Virus record (IMG/VR): IMGVR_UViG_3300037439_000053
Span: 1 to 36,148 of that record
Source of the DNA: a virus
Lineage: Duplodnaviria > Caudoviricetes
DNA length: 36,148 nucleotides
Reading direction: 5' to 3' (one strand)
Under the pieces are notes generated by a model. It was not told the origin of the DNA. It was given only the letters and a program-made list of their open reading frames with translations, and did not search any database. Each line of letters starts with the position of its first letter. The first letter of the stretch is position 1. Positions 16,175 to 22,873 of the stretch are shown here, one piece after another. The translations under genes were made by a program, and so were the position numbers.

Positions 16175-16281
16175 CTCGTGTTGCGGATTCTAACCGCCGC
16201 CCCTTTCGAGGCTGACCCTGCCGGGCCCCTGGCCAATACTAGGCGGGCGCAACCCCGTCTCTAAGCCAGGACCAACACGAG
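16175..16281 (-). ncRNA. Candidate tRNA-like structured RNA (multi-way junction)
   Basis: Closing stem CTCGTGTT/AACACGAG; arm CCTGGCT..GGCCAGG; GGCCC-GGCA-GGGTC; GCCTC-GAAA-GGGGC; T-arm-like GCGG-TTAGAAT-CCGC; upstream TGG-TACGGT at 16321-16329. Confidence 0.55.
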
Positions 16282-16337
16282 CTGACTAGCCGGACACAGC
16301 CCGGTCATCATCAGGCGTGTACCGTACCACGCACGAA

Positions 16338-16373
16338 GCGGCGCCACCCTGCGGAGAGTCAGGGTGGCGCCGC
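16338..16373 (-). terminator. Terminator of the late structural operon
   Basis: 14-bp perfect stem GCGGCGCCACCCTG/CAGGGTGGCGCCGC just downstream of the last late gene. Confidence 0.75.
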
Positions 16374-16389
16374 GCTTGTGGGTCGGCGG

Positions 16390-16701
16390 TCAGCCGAGAT
16401 CTGGGGTCACGATCAGTGTCGCGTACCCCTCAGTGGGTGCGGTCGTGATGGCGCCACCCTGGGTCACCTCGACCTCGACCGAGTACGTGCCCGCGGCGAG
16501 GGTCCCAGTGAGGGTGTGCTCGACGGTTCCGGGGTCCACGCCCAACGTGGCGGAGAGGACGACTGTCGTTTCGGTGCCGAGCTTCGCGAGGAGGCGCACC
16601 GTCGAGCCCGTGAGGTCGAGTGGTGTGGGCACGCCGCCGACGCTGTCGTACACGGTGAAGGTGATGGAGTGGGTGTCGCCCTGCTTGACGGTGTTGCTCA
16701 T
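16390..16701 (-). CDS. Virion structural protein, BppU N-terminal-like
   Basis: VKQGDT...F...DLTGSTV...G.Y..EVEVT....TAPT.GY pattern. Confidence 0.65.
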   Translation of the reverse strand: MSNTVKQGDTHSITFTVYDSVGGVPTPLDLTGSTVRLLAKLGTETTVVLSATLGVDPGTVEHTLTGTLAAGTYSVEVEVTQGGAITTAPTEGYATLIVTPDLG

Positions 16702-19487
16702 GGTTCCAGCTCCAGTGTTCTTGTGGGCCCGGTAATTTCGGCGATCAGATCGGGTGGTGTGCTGACGGTGACGTCGAGCTCCGGCGTCGGCATGAGGGTG
16801 AGGGTGCGGTCGGTGCCGATATCGAGGGTGAGCGTGTAGGGCAGGTTGCGGTCCACGTCGCCTGTGGTCGAGGTGCCTGTGATGCTCGCGGTCACGAGTG
16901 GCACCGACGCGTTCAGCGTGCCGACCACTGTGACGGTACCCGCCACCGATGCCGTGACGCGCGGCATAGATCCCGCTAGCGTGCCGGTCACAGCGACTGT
17001 CCCGGCGATGCTTGCGGTGACCTTCGGCACGGCAGCAGAGAGCGCACCAGCCACGGTCACTGTGCCCGCAATGGACGCTGTCACCCTCGGCAGTGAGGCG
17101 GACAGCGTACCTGTGACCACCGTCAGGTACGGGCCGATGAGCACCGTCGCGCCATCGTTCATCTGGACCGAGTCGAAGAACTGATCCCAGACGCGTGCCG
17201 TGTTCGGGGTGCCGATGTCGATATGGGTGGCCAGCGCGGTCCCGAGGTTGGCTGTAGACCCCGAGAGGGTCTCCAGCGCTGTACCGGAGTCACCGTCGTA
17301 GACAGACAGGGTGTACGTGCCAGCGGACGCACCCCCGGAGTTGTCCCACACCATCTCGACCCGGTTCCACCGGTTGATCGCCCAGACCCCCGCGGCGGTG
17401 GCGGCGATCAGCGCACCCGTGGATGTGTTGAGCTGGACAGCACCGGTGGCGAGGACCAGCACACGGAAGAGTTGCCCGCTAGAGTGGCGCGCAGCGAAGA
17501 TCTCCGTGGACCCGGCGGGCAGTGAGGCCGCCCGGTGGTAGAAGGACACGGCAGCACCAGCCGCGGACGCGACGAACGGTAGGCGGACGACTTGCGCCAG
17601 TGCCCCGCCCGAGAACCGCACGCAGGCCGCCCCTGCGTGCGGTGTGGTGGCTGAGTACGCGATCGTCGCACTGCCGTTGTTGACCTGGGATGCCTGCGTG
17701 CCGTCTACTGCGAGGGTCGTCGCAGCCGTCAGGGATACCCCGTCCGTGCCATCCATGAGCCACTGTCGCAGGGTCATAAGATCAGGCTCCTCTTCGGTGT
17801 CGGTGGCGACGGGTGCGGGCAGGATAGGACCGACCTGTTGGTGGCCTCGCGGGATCCCAAGCAGATCCGCGATGTCGTCCGGGAGCGGTACCGCAATTGT
17901 ATCCGCGGGGGTGGATGCGCCCTGGTGATTGGCCCCGAGCTTGTTACCCGGCGGGCCACCCACCGCGGCAGGAGAACTATTGGCGAGCGACCATGTGTTG
18001 TACGAGTTCCGGAACCCGTCAACCTTGCCGAGCTGGATCATTGACCCGGGCGGCACGGTCGGGAACCAGTTCCCCGCGATCTCGTCGAAGAAGTCCCACC
18101 CGAGGAGAACCTTGTCAGGCCCGCCGTCGGGGTCCCGGGCGGCGGTCGGGGGGTCGTGGTACGCGATCATGCCCGCGATCGTCGGCTGCCCAACTACGCG
18201 GTTGTTCCACAGCCTGTTGTGGACGGTGACCCACGGGACGATCTCGAACGTGAGGTTTCCTGGGGTGCCCGTGTTGTCCCGGTGGTCCTGCTGCACGTTG
18301 ATGGAGACCCGTGCCGCGTCGAGGTCACAGTTCGCGACCGTAACGTAGTCGGAGTCCATGACCTTGACCGCCCAATCGAGCGAGTTCGAGGTGCGACAGT
18401 TGACGAACCATGAGTGGTTCTGTACCCCGTCGTAGAATCCACCGCCGGACAGCTCCGACTCCAACGCGACCTCGGTGTTGCTGATAGTGACGTTCGCGAC
18501 GATGAACCGGGTATTCGAGACGTCGAACCACACACCGATAGCAGCATCGATGTCCCGTACGATCCCGTCACGCAAGATGATGTTGTCCGTGCGGGTGATC
18601 TTGATGCCCGCGGTGATCGGCTGCGGGTGCCATCCGCCCGTGTTGCAGCCCTGGATGATGAACCGGGAGATGTGCGTGTTATTCGCCGTCGTGACCTGGA
18701 TGCCCGAACTGTTGCAGTCCTCTACCGTGATCTGATTGAGGGTGATGGGTCGGATGATCGCGAGCCCGTGCATCCCCGACTGACGGAACACGATGTTCTC
18801 AACGACCGAGTTGTATGACGATCCGGCGAAGTAGACCAGTGCGGAGTCAGGGCCTTCCATGGCGGCCGGCGAGTACCGGCGCACGCCGAACCCGCGGAGG
18901 ACCACTGGCCCAGTGGCGAGCATCCAGCGCCGCAGCCGGGCGACGCGGACATCTCTGCCCGCGGGGTTGGTGCCGATCGACAGGACGTCCGTGGACCGGT
19001 TCACGGAGAACTGTCCAACACCTGGCGTGGCCCCGTCCGCGATCTGTGTCAGACGTTCGTCATCGATCCAGACCTGCTCCGGGAGGTGTGCTCGCCCGTC
19101 ACCCACCTGCGGGTAGTTCGCCGACGCGATCGGATCCCAGTTCGCCCCGTACGGCGCCGTCCACACGGGCCCCGTGCCGGTCCACGACAGGACGCGTTGC
19201 GACCCGTCGAACCACACCGTTTCACCCGGGTACGCCTGGATGGTGAGAGCCTTCGTACTCGGCACGGTAACACTCTCGTAGTACTCGCCTGTTCGCAGAA
19301 CGATCGTTGACCCGGTCTGTGCTGCTGCGATGGCGCCGCTCAGTGTCCGCTTGGGTGCTGCGATCGTCCCCGCGTTGGAGTCGCTGCCGTCTGTCGCCAC
19401 GTACAGGGCATCGATCGGCACCGGGTAGCTCGCGGTACCAACCGCGAGCGACCCGGCGACGACCGGTGAAGGTGGTGTCCAATCCAT
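16698..19487 (-). CDS. Tail spike/fiber: right-handed beta-helix (pectin-lyase-like) + lectin-like domain + Thr/Val/Ala repeats
   Basis: YVATDGSDSNAGT..AP.RTL..AI motif and beta-helix repeats (GIKI, GVWFD); RWNRVEM LamG-like segment; probable start ATG 19487. Confidence 0.75.
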   Translation of the reverse strand: MDWTPPSPVVAGSLAVGTASYPVPIDALYVATDGSDSNAGTIAAPKRTLSGAIAAAQTGSTIVLRTGEYYESVTVPSTKALTIQAYPGETVWFDGSQRVLSWTGTGPVWTAPYGANWDPIASANYPQVGDGRAHLPEQVWIDDERLTQIADGATPGVGQFSVNRSTDVLSIGTNPAGRDVRVARLRRWMLATGPVVLRGFGVRRYSPAAMEGPDSALVYFAGSSYNSVVENIVFRQSGMHGLAIIRPITLNQITVEDCNSSGIQVTTANNTHISRFIIQGCNTGGWHPQPITAGIKITRTDNIILRDGIVRDIDAAIGVWFDVSNTRFIVANVTISNTEVALESELSGGGFYDGVQNHSWFVNCRTSNSLDWAVKVMDSDYVTVANCDLDAARVSINVQQDHRDNTGTPGNLTFEIVPWVTVHNRLWNNRVVGQPTIAGMIAYHDPPTAARDPDGGPDKVLLGWDFFDEIAGNWFPTVPPGSMIQLGKVDGFRNSYNTWSLANSSPAAVGGPPGNKLGANHQGASTPADTIAVPLPDDIADLLGIPRGHQQVGPILPAPVATDTEEEPDLMTLRQWLMDGTDGVSLTAATTLAVDGTQASQVNNGSATIAYSATTPHAGAACVRFSGGALAQVVRLPFVASAAGAAVSFYHRAASLPAGSTEIFAARHSSGQLFRVLVLATGAVQLNTSTGALIAATAAGVWAINRWNRVEMVWDNSGGASAGTYTLSVYDGDSGTALETLSGSTANLGTALATHIDIGTPNTARVWDQFFDSVQMNDGATVLIGPYLTVVTGTLSASLPRVTASIAGTVTVAGALSAAVPKVTASIAGTVAVTGTLAGSMPRVTASVAGTVTVVGTLNASVPLVTASITGTSTTGDVDRNLPYTLTLDIGTDRTLTLMPTPELDVTVSTPPDLIAEITGPTRTLELEP
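16866..17117 (-). repeat. Four tandem 63-bp (21-aa) repeats
   Basis: V.G.L..S.P.VTAS..GT units (VTGTLSASLPRVTASIAGTVT and three similar). Confidence 0.8.
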
Positions 19488-19500
19488 GACCGGGGGTCGG

Positions 19501-19896
19501 TCAGGCGACGGGGACAGTGATGGAAGGCACGCCGAGATCGAGAGACGCACCCGAGACCAGCGCCACAGTGGCGAGCTCCATGTCACCACCACCGCCCGAC
19601 GCGGTCACGGTTCCGTCGAGCTTCGCGGTACCACCGGACGTCTTGACCCGGAAGTGTCCTGCCGTGTCAGTGGCAGCGATGGTGACAGCCGCCGGATTCG
19701 CCGACGTCAGAACACCACCCGTCGAAGTGAACGAACCCGAGATGACGACGGTTGCGAGGAGGGTTCCCGACGCCGCCGTCTCAGGGGTCGCAGGCTTCGC
19801 GCCCGACCGGATCTCGATGGTTGCCGCCGAGCCGATGTCAGTAGCGAGTGCGGCACCCATGGCCTGTGCCGCGAGGGCGGAGATGGTGAGTGCCAT
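19501..19896 (-). CDS. Virion structural protein
   Basis: IEIRSG..PA......GTLLA...TAGHFR.......DGTV...GGGGDM motif common in phage tail-associated proteins. Confidence 0.65.
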   Translation of the reverse strand: MALTISALAAQAMGAALATDIGSAATIEIRSGAKPATPETAASGTLLATVVISGSFTSTGGVLTSANPAAVTIAATDTAGHFRVKTSGGTAKLDGTVTASGGGGDMELATVALVSGASLDLGVPSITVPVA

Positions 19897-20156
19897 CAGA
19901 GGCTCCCGTCCGTGATGTCGGTAGCCACGTCAGCATCCGACGCGACACGGCCAGTGGTGGTGTTCGCCGCGGCCGTGAAGCCGAGGCCCACGCCCAGGAA
20001 CGCGAAGACCGCGAGGACCACGGTGAGCCACTCAGGCTGCCCGTCACCGGCCGCAGAGTACGCGACCTGCACAGCGCCCAGGCCGAGACCCAGGAAGCCG
20101 TACACGGCGTACAGGACCTGCCGCACCTTCGGGGAGAGGATGTCGGTGAGACCCAT
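19896..20156 (-). CDS. Holin
   Basis: 86 aa, two TM segments, directly after the endolysin; KVRQVLYA...QPEWL...AANT pattern. Confidence 0.75.
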   Translation of the reverse strand: MGLTDILSPKVRQVLYAVYGFLGLGLGAVQVAYSAAGDGQPEWLTVVLAVFAFLGVGLGFTAAANTTTGRVASDADVATDITDGSL

Positions 20157-20158
20157 GG

Positions 20159-20989
20159 TCAGGCGTCCTCGGCGAGGAGCTGGTCGAGCTTGGCTTCGAT
20201 GCGGTCGAGCTTCGTCAGGGCGTCCGTCTGCCGCTGGGTCGCGGCGGCCATGTGCGCGAGGTCGAGTTCACGCCGCTCGTCAGCCTCGGTCTCGATGCGG
20301 CGAACCACGATCTCAACCTGACGGGACGTGATGAGCATCTCCTGCTGTTCGGCTTCGGTCAGTGCTGCCATGAGAACCTTCTCCTTCGGTGCGGTGGGTG
20401 TGCTGTCCCCGTCGAGGATGACGAGGGCACGGTCGAAGATACCGGGTATCTGCGGGATTCGGTCATCTCCTGGGCATGCCTTACCTGCCGACGTGGAGTA
20501 CCGCATCCCGCCGCCGCGCTGAAGCCGCCCAGCGCGAATGTTCGGCAGGCTCGGGAAGTTGCCGTCTACGCCGAGACGGTGCCAGGAGAGCCCCTTGGAC
20601 TCGGTGCCAGTCTTGGACGACGTGGCGAGCTTGCGTGCGATGCCGTGAGTCTTGACCGCCCAGGCATACAGCTTGGCCAGGGACTCCAGTTGAGCGGGCG
20701 ACCATGTGCCCGTTCCCATGCCGGCTGTCTCGATACTGATGGTGGCATCATTGCCTTCTAAATCGGCGAACGCGTTGTAGTCAGTCGAGACATACTGCTC
20801 TATGGCGCCGTCATGCCGGACGAAAAAATGGCTGTCCGGTATTCCCGACTGATTGAAATACGAGAACAGGGAGTCACCGTTGGAGACGGCGATGTGCAGG
20901 TTCACCCTGTTCCAGACGGTGAGCCTCTTCCGTCCCTTGTTGGCGGTGATCTCCTTGCGGATGGCTCCGGGGTACCACGGCATGGTCAT
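20159..20989 (-). CDS. Endolysin, N-acetylmuramoyl-L-alanine amidase (Amidase_2-like)
   Basis: NLHIAV, SHFFV..DG.IEQY, SIET, WHR and KACPG zinc-amidase motifs; ATG 20989 with AGGAG. Confidence 0.9.
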   Translation of the reverse strand: MTMPWYPGAIRKEITANKGRKRLTVWNRVNLHIAVSNGDSLFSYFNQSGIPDSHFFVRHDGAIEQYVSTDYNAFADLEGNDATISIETAGMGTGTWSPAQLESLAKLYAWAVKTHGIARKLATSSKTGTESKGLSWHRLGVDGNFPSLPNIRAGRLQRGGGMRYSTSAGKACPGDDRIPQIPGIFDRALVILDGDSTPTAPKEKVLMAALTEAEQQEMLITSRQVEIVVRRIETEADERRELDLAHMAAATQRQTDALTKLDRIEAKLDQLLAEDA

Positions 20990-21480
20990 GTCTCCTGGTT
21001 CGGTGGGAAGTTGAGACGAGCGAACTCGCCGTGAAGCTCGCAAGCCAACCGGTCGCGTGCTATAGCCGCAGCCTCAGGGTCGCTGAATCGGCCGGCCGAT
21101 CGAAACTTGCCCTCGTGGCCTACGTAGGCCATCCACTTCTGACGGGTCCTATCCCAAGCTACCCCGATGTAACCCGAGGAGTTGTTGGCCTGCTGGTGCC
21201 TATTCCGCTGGTTCTCGGCGTTGGTGGCTGGTCGCATGTTGGATCGTCGGCAATCTAGCCCGTTCCCGTTGACGTGGTCTACCCGATCCCACCCTGTGAG
21301 GAAGCGGTGGATGCTGGTACTGGTCCTACTACCATCGTCACGCCTGAACGACCGACGGGCATAGTAGGGCATCCCGCCACGGGTCTTGTCGACCTGCCAC
21401 TTGTGTGTGCTGACGGTCTCGTAGTCCTCGTCATCGACGAGGGCCACGAGGCCCTGAGACAGAGGGATCTCTCGGACCAT
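20986..21480 (-). CDS. HNH-AP2 homing endonuclease
   Basis: ALVDDED, VDHVNGNGLDCRRSNMR...N..N HNH; SSGYIGV...W.A...GRF...AA.A.D...GEFARLNF AP2 domain. Confidence 0.92.
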   Translation of the reverse strand: MVREIPLSQGLVALVDDEDYETVSTHKWQVDKTRGGMPYYARRSFRRDDGSRTSTSIHRFLTGWDRVDHVNGNGLDCRRSNMRPATNAENQRNRHQQANNSSGYIGVAWDRTRQKWMAYVGHEGKFRSAGRFSDPEAAAIARDRLACELHGEFARLNFPPNQET

Positions 21481-21482
21481 GG

Positions 21483-21857
21483 TCAACTCTCCTTCTTCGT
21501 GCGGCGGTGTCGAAGCCAGTCACGGATCGGTGTCCAGTCAGGCCTCTCAGGGGTTACGCGACCGGTCTGCGCGGCCCGCAGGGAGATGAACAGGAGCCAC
21601 AGCATGGCGGTGAGGAACGCGTACGCCGCTAGGCCTAGAGCGTAGTTCAGGTCAGGTGCTTCGACGAGCCACCGCGCGGTCAGTGAGTATGTCAGCAGCA
21701 CGAGCATGGCTATAGCGAAGTACATGAGGGTCTTACCGATGAGTGACCGGTGCCATGGGCTGAACAGTGCGTAGAACGTCACGAACAGCGCGGTCGGGAT
21801 CCACGCCAGGATGACGAGGATGTTCGCGATCAGTAGTACAACGTTCTCAGACAACAC
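21483..21857 (-). CDS. Membrane protein of the lysis cassette (putative holin)
   Basis: Three TM segments; PWHRS.IG..LM motif. Confidence 0.7.
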   Translation of the reverse strand: MLSENVVLLIANILVILAWIPTALFVTFYALFSPWHRSLIGKTLMYFAIAMLVLLTYSLTARWLVEAPDLNYALGLAAYAFLTAMLWLLFISLRAAQTGRVTPERPDWTPIRDWLRHRRTKKES

Positions 21858-21866
21858 GCCGCCCCC

Positions 21867-22052
21867 TCATGGTTCCCTCGTCCCGAACGCGAGCGCAACC
21901 AGATCCGAGAGGTGGTTCTCGTCCCGGATGCGCATCGCATGCCAGGCAAGCCGCTTCACCTCAGGGCGCTTCGCCTTCATCGCAGCGAGATCTGCCTCAG
22001 CGCGGCGCCGTGCAGCACGCGCCTGCTCGATTCCACTCTGGTCATCACTCAT
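21867..22052 (-). CDS. Small lysis-cassette protein
   Basis: MSDDQSGIEQARAARRRAEADL...RDENHLSDLV; ATG 22052 coupled. Confidence 0.65.
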   Translation of the reverse strand: MSDDQSGIEQARAARRRAEADLAAMKAKRPEVKRLAWHAMRIRDENHLSDLVALAFGTREP

Positions 22053-22381
22053 GCGGGGTTCACATCCCGTTCCAGACCGGTCCGGATCGCATCCACAGCG
22101 TACGCCGTCGTCTTGCCCGTTTCGAGGAGCATGCGGTGCTGTGCGTCGCGTTCCCTGCCTACGGCCTGCTCGGTCTGGTAGGCGGCGCGCCACTCGATAG
22201 CCTCGGCGGTCTTCTCCTCGATGCGCTTTTCCAGGATGGAGATCTCGCGTTCGTGGCTCGCTTTCGGGACGAGCCAGCCGCGGACGACGGAGACCAGCAC
22301 GAGCACGACCAGGCCGCCCCAGGTGAGGAGGCTGGGCCATGTGGTGGCTGGTACGTCGGCGAGCACGGCGGCGTGGTCCAT
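22049..22381 (-). CDS. Membrane protein with coiled coil (holin-like)
   Basis: One TM segment, RGWLVP motif, charged helical tail. Confidence 0.7.
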   Translation of the reverse strand: MDHAAVLADVPATTWPSLLTWGGLVVLVLVSVVRGWLVPKASHEREISILEKRIEEKTAEAIEWRAAYQTEQAVGRERDAQHRMLLETGKTTAYAVDAIRTGLERDVNPA

Positions 22382-22384
22382 GGG

Positions 22385-22858
22385 TCAGGAGCCGATGCGT
22401 GCTGCGTAGAACTCGGGGGTGCGTTCGTCGGTCGCGTCGAGGTTCCTCGCGATGTTGCCCGGGTTGTCGTGATACACCTGGACCTCAATGTAGTCCCCGG
22501 CAACGAACTGGTACACGGTCTGAACCTGGATGTGCGATTGCAGAGTCGATGGAAGATACTGACGCGAGCCGCGTGCTATCTCCGTGGTCCCGTTCACCCG
22601 AAGCAGCGCGAAGGAAGTCACGTAGGTATCCGACTGGAGTATCCCGTTGAACCCGACGATGTATATCCCGGCCGTGTTGATCGTGATGCGGGAGTTGTTC
22701 GTCACGACGTTGTGCATGCCGTCCGTGTCGAACCGTTCCTCGTCGAACGCGACCGTCGTGATCACGTTGTCCGGGATCGACTGTGCGGCAGCGCGCGTCA
22801 CACGACACGCCTGCACCGACACATCCACCGCACGAATGATCTCACCAGGTGATGGCAT
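22385..22858 (-). CDS. Minor tail protein, C1q/TNF-like fold
   Basis: QSI.....TVAFD.E.FDTDGM......RITI.TAGIY...GDYIEVQV. Confidence 0.7.
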   Translation of the reverse strand: MPSPGEIIRAVDVSVQACRVTRAAAQSIPDNVITTVAFDEERFDTDGMHNVVTNNSRITINTAGIYIVGFNGILQSDTYVTSFALLRVNGTTEIARGSRQYLPSTLQSHIQVQTVYQFVAGDYIEVQVYHDNPGNIARNLDATDERTPEFYAARIGS

Positions 22859-22873
22859 AACAACCTCTCCTCG

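Noticed and set aside
16175-16281. Canonical tRNA gene
   Set aside because: No 7-nt anticodon loop, oversized D-arm region and no CCA; kept only as a tRNA-like candidate
16282-16316. CUGAUGA on the minus strand suggesting a hammerhead ribozyme
   Set aside because: No GAAA follows the adjacent stem, and no stem I/III arrangement could be built
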